Shown: in pieces, positions 37,479 through 47,439 of the stretch
How positions within the stretch are numbered: position 1 is the stretch's first letter
How the letters are laid out: each line of letters begins with the position of its first letter
DNA from: an uncultured Gammaproteobacteria bacterium
GTDB lineage: Bacteria; Patescibacteriota; Patescibacteriia; VMEV01; CAYQCH01
DNA: 64,000 bases
Reading direction: 5' to 3'
Assembly (NCBI GenBank): GCA_964503955.1
Contig: CAZDCG010000002.1
Coordinates: 13,047-77,046 of the forward strand
Notes under the pieces: model-generated
Databases searched by the model: none
Told to the model about the DNA's origin: nothing
Seen by the model: the letters and a program-made list of their open reading frames with translations, nothing else
Position numbers and translations under genes: made by a program

Positions 37479-40124
37479 ATGAAACGACTTTTCTTTTTCT
37501 TCGCCTTCGCGCTGCTCGCAGCACTTCCATTCGCGAATGCTCACGCGCAATCCGGTCCGCGCGACGCGATCGCCATACGCGTGGTCCCAAATCCGGATCG
37601 CATGCCGCCGCTTTTGTGGTATCGAAACAATGTCCCAAATCCCGGAGCTCCTGTTCCGCTCGAGATTGACGGATATCCTGCCGTGCGCGACGGGCGGACG
37701 GTTTACGTGGCTGCAACCAATTACGCACCTGAAGCCGGCGCGCTTTATAGTAATATCTACCTCATTTCACATAGCGAAGCGGCAGGGGAGAAGGTGCAGG
37801 CGGTTTTTGAAGAATTTCTACAGGAATTCAGATTCAACTCTAATATCGCCGATGATGAGACCCGGGCGCAGCTGCGCCGCGATATGAGGCGAGCCAATGA
37901 TCTTTATGCGATCCGGTTGAACCTGGAGCAATACCGCCTCAGAACAGGCTCGTATCCAAACTTTGAAGCGGGCAGCTATCTGCCAAATACCACGTATAGC
38001 ACGTGGCCGTCATGGCAAACGACATTAGGCAATTTGCTAGGAACTGCCTTGCCGGTTGATCCTCGCAACCAGTTTATCGGGTGTGAAGCGCCTTTTGACG
38101 GTTCAACCTGCTGGGATCAGACCGCCAGACAATTTGCTTGTCCGCCGCAAGCGTACGTGTACGGATACCGTGCAACAGGAAGCGGCGCGACCTATCAGCT
38201 ATTTGCGAATTACGAGTACAAGGGGCCTGGCAATTGGCAATCCGTTACATTGCAGCAGCAATCAGGCGACCAGTGTTTCAATTTCGCTTTTTCAGACGTT
38301 TCAGACCCTGACGGAGATGGAATCCTAACAGGAGCGGATAATTGTGAATTTGAGCATAACCCAGATCAAACTGACAGTGATGCCGACGGCATTGGCGACG
38401 CATGCGATCTCTGCCCGAATGATCCCACCAATGACCGCGATAGTGACGGTATTTGCGGCAATATCGACAATTGTCCGACGATTGGCAATCCGTCTCAGGC
38501 GGATCTTGATGATGACGGAATCGGCGATGCCTGTGATTTTCAAGGATGCGGGAACAATGTCACCGAAGGATCCGAGGTCTGCGACGGTCAGTCCGGCATC
38601 GGACCGTTTCAAAGCTGCTCCGCTGATTGCCGGTCGGTTATCCAGCTCAGTTATTGCGGCGACGGGGTGGTCAACAATCCCAATGACCAGGGACTTTTTG
38701 AAGAGTGCGATGGCAATAGTGAAGAAATCATCTGCGAACAGCGGATCAACGGCTATGTAACGCAGCGCCGAAGAGAGTGCCGCGATACCTGCCGGTTTAC
38801 GCCATTTACTGCTTGCGAACCGATTGAATATGCGGGAGACGGTATTGTTAACGGATTTGAACAATGCGACGCAGGCGATCAAAACGGTGTTCAGTGCCAG
38901 GCTGCTTATGATCAGACCTGCCAATACTGCACTTCCGATGGACGTTTTGAATTGGCTCAAGGACCAACATGCGGCGATGGAATCGTTAATGGACCGGAGC
39001 AATGTGATGAAGGCGTGAACAATGGACGCGTTTGCACGCCCGCCTATGGAAGAACGTGTACGTATTGCGGCAACTCCTGCCGCATCGAAACGGTTCCGGC
39101 TCCATTCTGCGGGGACGGGACAAGAAATATTCCGTTTGAAGAATGCGATTCTGAAGAGGAGGATATCCCTTGTGAATCGCCGCCGGGGTATTTATATAAA
39201 AAACGCTTTTGCGCCACGCAATCAACCGCTTCGAATGTCGCCTGCAGCTGGCTGCCATTTGAAGCCTGCCGCTCGATCGGTTCCTGCGGAGACGGCATGA
39301 TCAATGGTCCGGAACCATGCGATGATGCCAAAACACCTGGCTTATGTGAACAATGCAAGATCAAGGATAATACAGTGAGCCTTACCTACAATATCGAAGG
39401 GACGAGAATCGCTTCAGCATGCGTGGGCAAAAAATCAGCCTGGCCGACAAATTTCCGCTTTGGAGGAGCTATCCCATTGACAACCGCAGAATTGAATCAA
39501 ACCTGTAATAATGCGGCAATCATCAATCCCTTTACCCGGGATGGGCAGCCATTCAGTTCTCCTTGGGGATGGCCAAGAAACGGCATGCTTTCTACGCTTC
39601 CGATTTCTATGAGGGTGGAAACTATTTTCTGGCAGCATTGGAATTGCGGCGCGCATTTTGTTGCATTGCGAAATTCCGGCGTTGAGGTAACGAGCTCGCC
39701 GTTCCATGTTCCAAAACAGGGAAAACATTGCTCAAATGACTGGCAAGTTCAGGTTGTAGACACTGGCGGCGTAACAGCCGACCAAATCCTGGCGGATGAA
39801 AGCGGTTCCCAGCCAGGCCATCTCCCGGGAGGAATCCTTAAGGGGTACTACCAGTTCGGGCAGACGAGATCGATTCGAACGTCTGATCGCATCGTCGTGC
39901 TGGAGCGTCTTTCTGAACGCAGAGATACCATGGGAAATCTGCTGCCGAATGATACATATAAACTTCTCAGCACTAGCGGCAATGGATTCATGGTCTGGTT
40001 TGGAAATACCGCCACAACGCTTGCAAGCCAGGGAAGCTCTTCCACGCCAAATACCAGCACTTTCGTACTCGGCTGCGTAGATTTCGACAATAATCGCACT
40101 TGTGACTTCATGCAGGAACTATGA
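37479..40124 (+). CDS. Secreted protein with a pseudopilin-like segment, thrombospondin type-3 repeats and Myxococcus-type Cys-rich repeats
   Basis: RD.RR..DL..I...LEQY....GSYP, D.DGDG...DNC repeats and multiple CGDG....E.CD repeats. Confidence 0.85.
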   Translation: MKRLFFFFAFALLAALPFANAHAQSGPRDAIAIRVVPNPDRMPPLLWYRNNVPNPGAPVPLEIDGYPAVRDGRTVYVAATNYAPEAGALYSNIYLISHSEAAGEKVQAVFEEFLQEFRFNSNIADDETRAQLRRDMRRANDLYAIRLNLEQYRLRTGSYPNFEAGSYLPNTTYSTWPSWQTTLGNLLGTALPVDPRNQFIGCEAPFDGSTCWDQTARQFACPPQAYVYGYRATGSGATYQLFANYEYKGPGNWQSVTLQQQSGDQCFNFAFSDVSDPDGDGILTGADNCEFEHNPDQTDSDADGIGDACDLCPNDPTNDRDSDGICGNIDNCPTIGNPSQADLDDDGIGDACDFQGCGNNVTEGSEVCDGQSGIGPFQSCSADCRSVIQLSYCGDGVVNNPNDQGLFEECDGNSEEIICEQRINGYVTQRRRECRDTCRFTPFTACEPIEYAGDGIVNGFEQCDAGDQNGVQCQAAYDQTCQYCTSDGRFELAQGPTCGDGIVNGPEQCDEGVNNGRVCTPAYGRTCTYCGNSCRIETVPAPFCGDGTRNIPFEECDSEEEDIPCESPPGYLYKKRFCATQSTASNVACSWLPFEACRSIGSCGDGMINGPEPCDDAKTPGLCEQCKIKDNTVSLTYNIEGTRIASACVGKKSAWPTNFRFGGAIPLTTAELNQTCNNAAIINPFTRDGQPFSSPWGWPRNGMLSTLPISMRVETIFWQHWNCGAHFVALRNSGVEVTSSPFHVPKQGKHCSNDWQVQVVDTGGVTADQILADESGSQPGHLPGGILKGYYQFGQTRSIRTSDRIVVLERLSERRDTMGNLLPNDTYKLLSTSGNGFMVWFGNTATTLASQGSSSTPNTSTFVLGCVDFDNNRTCDFMQEL

Positions 40125-40738
40125 AAAAGCCTCTTCTGATTGTGCTATCAATACTGCTTCTGGGCGGTGCGTACATGGGATACAAAGAAATCCGCCGTAT
40201 GCGTTTGCTCAGCTCGGGGCGCGATGTCCTAGTGGTAAACAAGAAGGCAGGAACCTATTCCTTTACCAGCTTGATGGAATCAGACGATATTACGAGAGCT
40301 TACAAAGCGATTGGTTATACGGAGGAACTTTCCGAGGAGAAAATTCAAAAACGGATTGGCGGGCTTACTCTCATTGGTACAAAGTTCGATCCGATTCCGC
40401 CGGAATCAATCGCGGTTGTGCCCAATGCCTTTCAGCAGGATGCCTGGAGCAATGCCTTGCAGGTACTTACGTCTGAGCAGCGGGAGTTGTGCGATCAGCT
40501 GGGAAGATCAGAAGATGTGCAATCCTGCCTTTTTCGTCATTACATCTCGCAATTGCTGGCCACGCAGAATGTGGAAGGTTGCAAGGCTATTTTTGTTGAA
40601 GCATTCGTCCAGGAATGTGAAAACGTCGTCTCCCAAAATCTCCAAAACGCCGTTTATGATGCGGATAACGACCATTTGATTGATCAGTACGAATTCAAAG
40701 CTGATCCGGAATCATTTGAAGCGGATCCATTAGGATAA
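40121..40738 (+). CDS. Membrane-anchored protein with paired-Cys helical repeats
   Basis: N-terminal TM helix, LCDQL..SC and GCKAI..EC pairs, C-terminal DADNDHLID. Overlaps the upstream gene by ATGA. Confidence 0.75.
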   Translation: MKKPLLIVLSILLLGGAYMGYKEIRRMRLLSSGRDVLVVNKKAGTYSFTSLMESDDITRAYKAIGYTEELSEEKIQKRIGGLTLIGTKFDPIPPESIAVVPNAFQQDAWSNALQVLTSEQRELCDQLGRSEDVQSCLFRHYISQLLATQNVEGCKAIFVEAFVQECENVVSQNLQNAVYDADNDHLIDQYEFKADPESFEADPLG

Positions 40739-40800
40739 GCAAGTTCCTTTGCTGTGAAAAATCCTTTATAATGCATTTACTGTCGCCTTAAACGAATTCT

Positions 40801-41424
40801 ATGTTCGACGATCAACCACAAAGAGAACCGGAAGACATTTTTTCCAATACGGACCCGTTGCAGAATCCTGCCGGTCAAAACCCGGTTCAGTCAAACCAGG
40901 TTCCACCGGCTCCAGCTCCTCAACTTACACCAGAACCTCCAAGCGGGGGCAATAAAATGGTCGTGGTCGCGATCATCGTCATCGCTGCCGTCCTCTTGTT
41001 GATTGCCGTTCTGGTCGGCCTATGGCTTGTGCGAAGAGGTGAATCCGTTCAGCAGCCTGTCCAAAATCAGCAGACACAGCAGGAAGCAACGAATAATGAG
41101 ACAAATACTTCTGAGCAGCTATCAGAAGCTCAGCAGGAAACGCAATTGCCTGCGGTTCCGGTTGATACTGACGGCGATGGATTAAGCGACGAAGAAGAGC
41201 GCGTACTTGGCACCTCGCCGATCGCGGCAGACAGCGACCAGGACGGATTGAATGATTATGAAGAGGTCATGGTCTGGAATACGGATCCTCTCAATCCTGA
41301 CACGGATGGAGACACGTATTCAGACGGCCAGGAAGTAAGCTCCGGCTACGATCCAAATCAGGAAGGAGCACGTTTGCTCGAGTTAAACGGCGCAACGACA
41401 TTGCCAGCACCTGTCAATCAATAA
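40801..41424 (+). CDS. Single-pass protein with Ca-binding DTDGDG repeats
   Basis: Pro-rich N-terminus, TM helix, Q/T linker, three D.D.DGL.D.EE repeats. Confidence 0.85.
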   Translation: MFDDQPQREPEDIFSNTDPLQNPAGQNPVQSNQVPPAPAPQLTPEPPSGGNKMVVVAIIVIAAVLLLIAVLVGLWLVRRGESVQQPVQNQQTQQEATNNETNTSEQLSEAQQETQLPAVPVDTDGDGLSDEEERVLGTSPIAADSDQDGLNDYEEVMVWNTDPLNPDTDGDTYSDGQEVSSGYDPNQEGARLLELNGATTLPAPVNQ

Positions 41425-41427
41425 TGT

Positions 41428-42414
41428 ATGGACGAACGAAACAACAGTTTGATCCCCTCCTCAGGAATGGGATCCCTTGATGGACGCATCAGCGTGATGC
41501 CACAGGCTTATTTGCCGAAAACATCGTCAGGGCTTTCCACAAAAGCGCTGTTGTTTATTCTTGGCGGTCTTATTGTCGTGGCGCTCATTGTTGTTATTGC
41601 TGTTCTGCTGGTTAGCCAATCAAGAGAAGCGGCACAGCTCGCTGCTCAGCAGCAAGTTCAGCAGCCGGCGCAAACGCAGACCAGTCAGCCAACCCAGCCA
41701 GTTCAGGAAAGCACGCAGACAACCGAGCAGCCGTCCTCTCCAATCCAACAGGTTGATACAACGCAGGAACCACAAAATCAAATTGTTTTGCCAGACATTT
41801 TCGCAAGCGTGGCCCTGCCGGCTGTCGACACCGACCAGGACGGTCTGACTGATCTTGAAGAACAGCTCTTTGCCACCAGCCCCGCTGTTCCGGATACCGA
41901 TCAGGATGGATTCCTTGATGGCTCAGAGCTTCTTAATTTGTATGATCCAGCAAGTCCTCGCGCGCTTCTAGAGATTTCGCCGCAGATCAAGATTGCCAGA
42001 AATGATTCAAGGGGCTTTCAATTCTATATTCCTGTTTCCTGGACGGCTTCAAAACAAACCCCTGACGGACGCCTGTTCACGGTTCTGCCTGATTCTGGAG
42101 ATCAGCAGTTCAGCTTTTCAACCTATGATAATCCGGATCGATTATCAGCGGTTCAGTGGTATCAGGCCAATAATCCGGGCGCAGATTTAAATCAGTTTGT
42201 GAATTTCAGCAATGAGGCCGGCTGGGTGGGAATCCAGTCCCGTGATTCGCGCCTGATTATCGCCACCTTTGGAGAATCAGGGGCAGGGGCGCGCGCATTC
42301 ATTTTCGTCATGCATTATGATACTGGCGCGTCAAACGTCCTTGAGTATGCGAGCGTCTGGCAGATGATGGCCAACAGCGTAACGGTCGCGGACACGTCCA
42401 CGGTTACTCCATAG
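41428..42414 (+). CDS. Single-pass protein with DTDQDG repeats and a PsbP-like C-terminal domain
   Basis: TM helix, Q-rich linker, two DTDQDG repeats, N..RGFQFYIP.SW. Confidence 0.8.
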   Translation: MDERNNSLIPSSGMGSLDGRISVMPQAYLPKTSSGLSTKALLFILGGLIVVALIVVIAVLLVSQSREAAQLAAQQQVQQPAQTQTSQPTQPVQESTQTTEQPSSPIQQVDTTQEPQNQIVLPDIFASVALPAVDTDQDGLTDLEEQLFATSPAVPDTDQDGFLDGSELLNLYDPASPRALLEISPQIKIARNDSRGFQFYIPVSWTASKQTPDGRLFTVLPDSGDQQFSFSTYDNPDRLSAVQWYQANNPGADLNQFVNFSNEAGWVGIQSRDSRLIIATFGESGAGARAFIFVMHYDTGASNVLEYASVWQMMANSVTVADTSTVTP

Positions 42415-42416
42415 CT

Positions 42417-42905
42417 ATGGCAAAGCGGATCTCGGTTGATCTTGTGAAAAAGACGCGCGTCGGTTATCAGACCGACGTTTCTTCTTATGCGAAAAAAATC
42501 GTCAGCAGCAAGGCGATGCCTTCAAGATTGAACAGATTTCAGAAGTTTTCCGTTGAGCTGATTCTGGTTGACGACAAAGAAATCCAAATCTTGAACAAAC
42601 GTTATCGAAAAAAAAATAAACCGACCGACGTACTCTCTTTTGCGTACTGGCAGGATGCAGATCCAAAGCTTGATCCCGTTTGTTTCCTGGGGCAGATCAT
42701 TATCAGCTCGGATACTCTTCGCCGGCAAGCAAAAGCGCAGGGACATGCCTATAGGACCGAATTGGGCATCCTTTTTGTCCACGGTCTTTTGCATATACTG
42801 GGCTTTGATCATGAAACAGAAAAAGAGCTAAAAACCATGCTGGAAATGGAGCGAATTTTCCTTGGGGATAACGCCGGCCTTATCGCACGCAGCAGGCTTG
42901 AGTAA
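42417..42905 (+). CDS. ybeY: rRNA maturation endoribonuclease YbeY
   Basis: LNKRYR.KNKPTDVLSF, HGLLHILGFDH. Confidence 0.96.
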   Translation: MAKRISVDLVKKTRVGYQTDVSSYAKKIVSSKAMPSRLNRFQKFSVELILVDDKEIQILNKRYRKKNKPTDVLSFAYWQDADPKLDPVCFLGQIIISSDTLRRQAKAQGHAYRTELGILFVHGLLHILGFDHETEKELKTMLEMERIFLGDNAGLIARSRLE

Positions 42906-42969
42906 GATACGTATTCAGAGGGAAACAAGGTCTTTCGTGCTGAGCAGAATCTGTGTTCAGGCTGCCGTA

Positions 42970-42998
42970 TTGGCAGAGCTTTTCTGAACACTTATAAT
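42970..42998 (+). promoter_or_regulatory. Sigma70-type promoter of ftsA-ftsZ
   Basis: TTGGCA-17 bp-TATAAT. Confidence 0.6.
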
Positions 42999-43060
42999 GT
43001 CACTATGCAAGATCTCGCTGTTTCTCATAAGCCTGGTCTTTACCGTTATCGAACACACAA

Positions 43061-44314
43061 ATGCAACGCGGAGATATCATCACTGGTTTAGATGTCGGAT
43101 CAACCATGATCCGGCTGGTGGTAGGTGAACTGGTTGACGACGGAACGGGAGAATCTACCAACCTGCACATTATCGGAGTCGCGGAGACCCCTGCTCTTGG
43201 CATTAACAAGGGTGTTGTCACAAGCATTGAAGATGCGGTCTCAAGCCTGACAGCCTGTCTCGAAAAAGGAGAGCGCATGGCAGGCGTGCCTCTTGAACGC
43301 GCCTATGTCAGTATTTCCGGCGCGCATATCATCTCCCAGCCATCTAAAGGCGTGATCGCCGTTTCAAAAGCGAACGGGGAAATCAACCAGGATGATGTGG
43401 AACGCGTGGTGGAAGCCGCTCAGGCCGTTGCCACACCTCCAAATTACGAAATTTTGCATGTTGTTCCGCGTTCGTACACGGTTGATAATCAGACAAGCAT
43501 CAAGGACCCTGTCGGCATGACCGGCGTGCGATTGGAAGTGGAGGCCCAGATCATTCAGGGATTGTCCGCGCAGATCAAAAATCTGACCAAGGCCGTGTAT
43601 CGAACAGGAGTGGACATTGAAGATCTTGTTTTTGGCGCCCTTGCGGCAGCCGAAAGCACGCTTGATAAGCAGCAGAAAGAGCTTGGCGTGGCTCTGGTTA
43701 ATATCGGCGGCGCGACCACGAGCCTCGTCGTTATTGAAGAGGGCGACGTGCTCCACACGGCGGTTCTGCCGATCGGGGCGGGGCATATCACTTCCGATAT
43801 TGCAATCGGGCTTCGCACGTCTATTGAAGTGGCGGAACAAGTGAAAATCCAATATGGAACAGCTCTGCCTGAGACCGTCGATAAAAAGGAAATGATTGAT
43901 TTGAGTGAATTTCAGGAAGCAGAAACCCAAATGATTTCGCGAAAACAGGTGGCGGAAATCATTGAAGCGCGCATTGAGGAGATTTTTAAACTCGTCAATA
44001 AAGAGCTGAAAAAGATCAACCGAAGCGGATTGCTGCCAGCCGGCGTCGTGCTCACCGGCGGCGGTGCAAGACTCACGGGCATTACCGAAGTTGCCAAACG
44101 CGAATTTCGTTTGCCCGCATCCATTGGCATCCCCCGCGATGTCACAACCGCCATTGAGAAGGTCAATGATCCGATGTTTTCTGTCTGTGTAGGGCTGCTT
44201 ATGTGGGGATCCCAGGATCTTGAAGCCTCATCCCGCCGTTCGCTCCCATCCTTCAAAAATCTTGGTGCCTGGGGCGACAAAGTGAAAGGCTGGGTGAAAT
44301 CATTAATTCCGTAA
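43061..44314 (+). CDS. ftsA: Cell division protein FtsA
   Basis: GLDVGST, PVGMTGVRLE, NIGGATT, VVLTGGG, C-terminal amphipathic helix. Confidence 0.97.
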   Translation: MQRGDIITGLDVGSTMIRLVVGELVDDGTGESTNLHIIGVAETPALGINKGVVTSIEDAVSSLTACLEKGERMAGVPLERAYVSISGAHIISQPSKGVIAVSKANGEINQDDVERVVEAAQAVATPPNYEILHVVPRSYTVDNQTSIKDPVGMTGVRLEVEAQIIQGLSAQIKNLTKAVYRTGVDIEDLVFGALAAAESTLDKQQKELGVALVNIGGATTSLVVIEEGDVLHTAVLPIGAGHITSDIAIGLRTSIEVAEQVKIQYGTALPETVDKKEMIDLSEFQEAETQMISRKQVAEIIEARIEEIFKLVNKELKKINRSGLLPAGVVLTGGGARLTGITEVAKREFRLPASIGIPRDVTTAIEKVNDPMFSVCVGLLMWGSQDLEASSRRSLPSFKNLGAWGDKVKGWVKSLIP

Positions 44315-44320
44315 TAACAA

Positions 44321-44375
44321 TTGACGATTGACATGCGGCCTCTGGCTTCCACAACCGTCAATGGTTGCATGTCAA
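44321..44375. repeat. TTGAC/GTCAA heptamer palindrome
   Basis: TTGACGA TTGACATGCGGCC ... CCGTCAA TGGTTGCATGTCAA, the same units as at 22773. Confidence 0.65.
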
Positions 44376-44386
44376 AGTAAACGCGT

Positions 44387-45607
44387 ATGGAGATCAAACC
44401 GGATATCGAAACATTCGCAAAAATAAAAGTCATTGGAGTAGGGGGAAGCGGAGGATCAACCGTGAACCAGATGATCGCCTCAAAAATCAGAGGCGTGGAA
44501 TTTGTTACGATCAATACCGACGCGCAGGCTTTGCATCATTCGCGCGCGGCTGTGCGGATGCATATCGGAAAAACCATCACGCGCGGGCTTGGTGCCGGCA
44601 TGGATCCTGAAATGGGCAGAAAAGCCGCGGAAGAGAATCAGAACGAACTGCGCGAGATGCTCAAAGATACGGATATGGTATTTGTCACCTGCGGTCTTGG
44701 CGGGGGTACGGGAAGCGGTGCCGCGCCGGTTGTGGCGGGCATTGCCAAGGAGCTTGGCGCGCTGACCATCGGCGTTGTTACAAAGCCGTTTACGTTTGAA
44801 GGCAATCAGCGCCGCCAGATCGCAGAGAAAGCATACGAAGAATTATCCAGCAAGGTTGATACCATCATTTCAATTCCCAATGACCGTATTCTGCAGGTGA
44901 TCGAAAAGAGAACCAGCATGATGGAAGCCTTTGACATTGTCGACGATGTTTTGCGCCAGGGCGTGCAGGGAATCTCGGAACTCGTCACGATACACGGCGT
45001 AACCAATGTGGACTTTGCCGACGTGAAGGCGATTATGAAGGATGCAGGTTCCGCTTTGATGGGGATCGGCTATGGTTCAGGCGATAATCGCGCTGTTGAA
45101 GCGGCCAAAGCGGCCATCAACAGCCCATTGCTTGAAGTCGCTATCGACGGTGCCAAGGGAATTCTCTTCACCATCACCGGCGGCAAAGACCTTGGCATGT
45201 ATGAGCTCAATGAAGCGGCAACCATCATTACGGAAAAAGCGGATCCGAATGCCAAGATCATTTACGGAACCGTTATTGATGAAAATATGAAGGACGAGCT
45301 GCGCATTACGGTGATTGCGGCTGGATTTGGTAAACAAAAAGTTGCAAATCCTGCCAATTTCGAACGCCAGACGGCAAATTTCGGACAGAAGCTCGCAGCT
45401 GATGCGTATCAGAATCCCTTGATGAGGCTTTCGCAGCAAAAAACGGAGGATACATCTTCTACGTATCGTTCTGTCCGCGAAGAAGCCATGCAGGATCCGA
45501 TTATGACAGAGCCTGTGCGTCAGGAAGAAACCGCGACACAGCGTGTTGAAGCTGATGAGGAAGAGGATTTGGAAATCCCGGCCTTTATCCGGAAAAAAAT
45601 GATGTAG
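44387..45607 (+). CDS. ftsZ: Cell division protein FtsZ
   Basis: GVGGSG, NTDAQAL, GGGTGSG, NVDFADV, LEIPAFIR. Confidence 0.99.
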   Translation: MEIKPDIETFAKIKVIGVGGSGGSTVNQMIASKIRGVEFVTINTDAQALHHSRAAVRMHIGKTITRGLGAGMDPEMGRKAAEENQNELREMLKDTDMVFVTCGLGGGTGSGAAPVVAGIAKELGALTIGVVTKPFTFEGNQRRQIAEKAYEELSSKVDTIISIPNDRILQVIEKRTSMMEAFDIVDDVLRQGVQGISELVTIHGVTNVDFADVKAIMKDAGSALMGIGYGSGDNRAVEAAKAAINSPLLEVAIDGAKGILFTITGGKDLGMYELNEAATIITEKADPNAKIIYGTVIDENMKDELRITVIAAGFGKQKVANPANFERQTANFGQKLAADAYQNPLMRLSQQKTEDTSSTYRSVREEAMQDPIMTEPVRQEETATQRVEADEEEDLEIPAFIRKKMM

Positions 45608-45663
45608 ATGCTGCCCAGACCCTCCATTAGGTTCTCGGCAAAATGAAAGCATGTCCATTTAAA

Positions 45664-45690
45664 GAAGAGGGCCGGAAATCGGTCCTTTTC
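45664..45690 (+). terminator. Probable terminator
   Basis: GAAGAGGGCCG-GAAAT-CGGTCCTTTTC. Confidence 0.55.
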
Positions 45691-45717
45691 TCGGCTAAAC
45701 CCTGTTAAGTATCAGTT

Positions 45718-46986
45718 ATGGTCAGAGGAGCGACAAAACGGCGGCGTATGGGACGGGGCGGGTATATTTTATTCAGCCTGGCCATTCTCCTGTTTGCGGG
45801 CTGGAAATTGTTCGATCCAGGCTCGCAGCATCCTGAGCCAGCACTCGCGGATCTGGCGGTGGATCAACCCACTGCTCCTTCGCAGTCCATGAAAGCTTTT
45901 TTTGATTCCTATGAAGGGCGGCACATTGTGCAAGAAGGGGATGTTCTTTCGTCGGTTTTTGCTGGTTATGAAATTCCGTTCAATGAGATTGTCGGGCTGC
46001 AAAACGCGCAGAGCGATAACTTTCGTTTTACAAATATCCAGGTAGGCAAAACCGTGTATTTTTCTTTGTATCCAGAGGGAAGCGACTTGGTCTTAAAGGA
46101 GGTCGTGTACCAGCCGGATTCGTTGCGCATCATCAAAGCCAAGCAGACTGTCACGGGCTGGATTATTGAGGAAGAAATGATTCCGTATGAAACCAGAGTG
46201 GGGCAGCGCGCCGGCACCGTGCAGGAATCATTGTATGTCTCCGCTCTCCGGCAGGGGGTTGATGAAAAAGTCATTCTCGCTTTTGCCGATGTCTTTGCCT
46301 GGGATATCGATTTTGCCTTGCAGACGCGCTCAGGTGACGCATACAAGGTTATTTACGAGGAGCGATATCTGGATGGAGAGTTGGTTACAACAGGAAGAGT
46401 CCTTGCGGCTGAATACACGAATAAGGGGACGGTGTATCGCGCCTTCTTCTTTCAGGAAGGAGAAAAGAGAGGCTATTTTGATGAGGAGGGAAATGCCTTG
46501 CAAAAAGCGTTCCTAAAAGCCCCGGTCAATTACCGTTATGTAACATCCGGGTTCACCTCAGCTCGGTTCCATCCGATTCTTGGCTCCGTAATGCCTCATA
46601 ACGGCGTTGATTATGCCGCAGCTTATGGCACGCCGATTATTGCGGTGGCCGATGGAATTGTTTCACGCTCCGGCTGGCAGACTGGCTATGGAAACCGCAT
46701 CGAGCTAAAACATGGGGATCGGTATGGAACACAGTATTCACATATGTCAGCCTATGTGCCGGGCCTGTCCGTGGGCGATGCGGTCAAACAAGGCGATGTG
46801 ATCGGTTATGTCGGGTCAACCGGCTACTCCACCGGGAACCATGTCCACTATTCCGTAACGGATCGCGGAAGCTATGTGGATCCTTCATCAATCGATGTTC
46901 CGGACGGAGAACCGGTTTCCGATCAATACCGGGAGGAGTTCGATGCCATGGTCGCACAGCGTTTGAGCGAGCTTGAATCTCTGTAA
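45718..46986 (+). CDS. M23 peptidoglycan endopeptidase (MepM/Csd3-like)
   Basis: TM anchor, FAWDIDF middle domain, HNGVD, YSH and HVH zinc motifs. Confidence 0.92.
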   Translation: MVRGATKRRRMGRGGYILFSLAILLFAGWKLFDPGSQHPEPALADLAVDQPTAPSQSMKAFFDSYEGRHIVQEGDVLSSVFAGYEIPFNEIVGLQNAQSDNFRFTNIQVGKTVYFSLYPEGSDLVLKEVVYQPDSLRIIKAKQTVTGWIIEEEMIPYETRVGQRAGTVQESLYVSALRQGVDEKVILAFADVFAWDIDFALQTRSGDAYKVIYEERYLDGELVTTGRVLAAEYTNKGTVYRAFFFQEGEKRGYFDEEGNALQKAFLKAPVNYRYVTSGFTSARFHPILGSVMPHNGVDYAAAYGTPIIAVADGIVSRSGWQTGYGNRIELKHGDRYGTQYSHMSAYVPGLSVGDAVKQGDVIGYVGSTGYSTGNHVHYSVTDRGSYVDPSSIDVPDGEPVSDQYREEFDAMVAQRLSELESL

Positions 46987-46987
46987 T

Positions 46988-47437
46988 ATGAATTGTCCTG
47001 TTTGCCAATCCGCAACCCAGGTGCTTGATTCAAGACTCACGCATGAAGGGCAGGGCGTGCGGCGAAGACGAAAATGCCGCGCCTGTTCTTTCCGATTCTC
47101 CACGCTTGAAGAAAGCCGCATTCTTGATCTTATTGTCGTAAAACGGGATGGTTCGCGCGAACCCTATATGAGAGAAAAGCTTGAGCGAGGCCTGGCCGTG
47201 GCGCTGCGGAAACGGGCTTTCACAAAGGAATCGTTTTCCTGTTTGCTGCGAGACATTGAATTGGATATTCAGAGAGCCAAGCAGCAGGAAATCACGAGCC
47301 AGTCGCTTGGAGAAATCGTCATGGACAATCTAAGAAGGTTTGATAAAGTTGCCTATATACGGTTTGCTTCCGTGTACAGGCAATTCAAAGACGTTGAGAC
47401 ATTTGCCGATGAAATTCGCCAGTTAAGCGATCAATAA
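46988..47437 (+). CDS. nrdR: Transcriptional repressor NrdR
   Basis: CPVC..RRRRKC..C.FRFSTLE zinc ribbon, ATP cone, VAYIRFASVY. Confidence 0.97.
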   Translation: MNCPVCQSATQVLDSRLTHEGQGVRRRRKCRACSFRFSTLEESRILDLIVVKRDGSREPYMREKLERGLAVALRKRAFTKESFSCLLRDIELDIQRAKQQEITSQSLGEIVMDNLRRFDKVAYIRFASVYRQFKDVETFADEIRQLSDQ

Positions 47438-47439
47438 TT

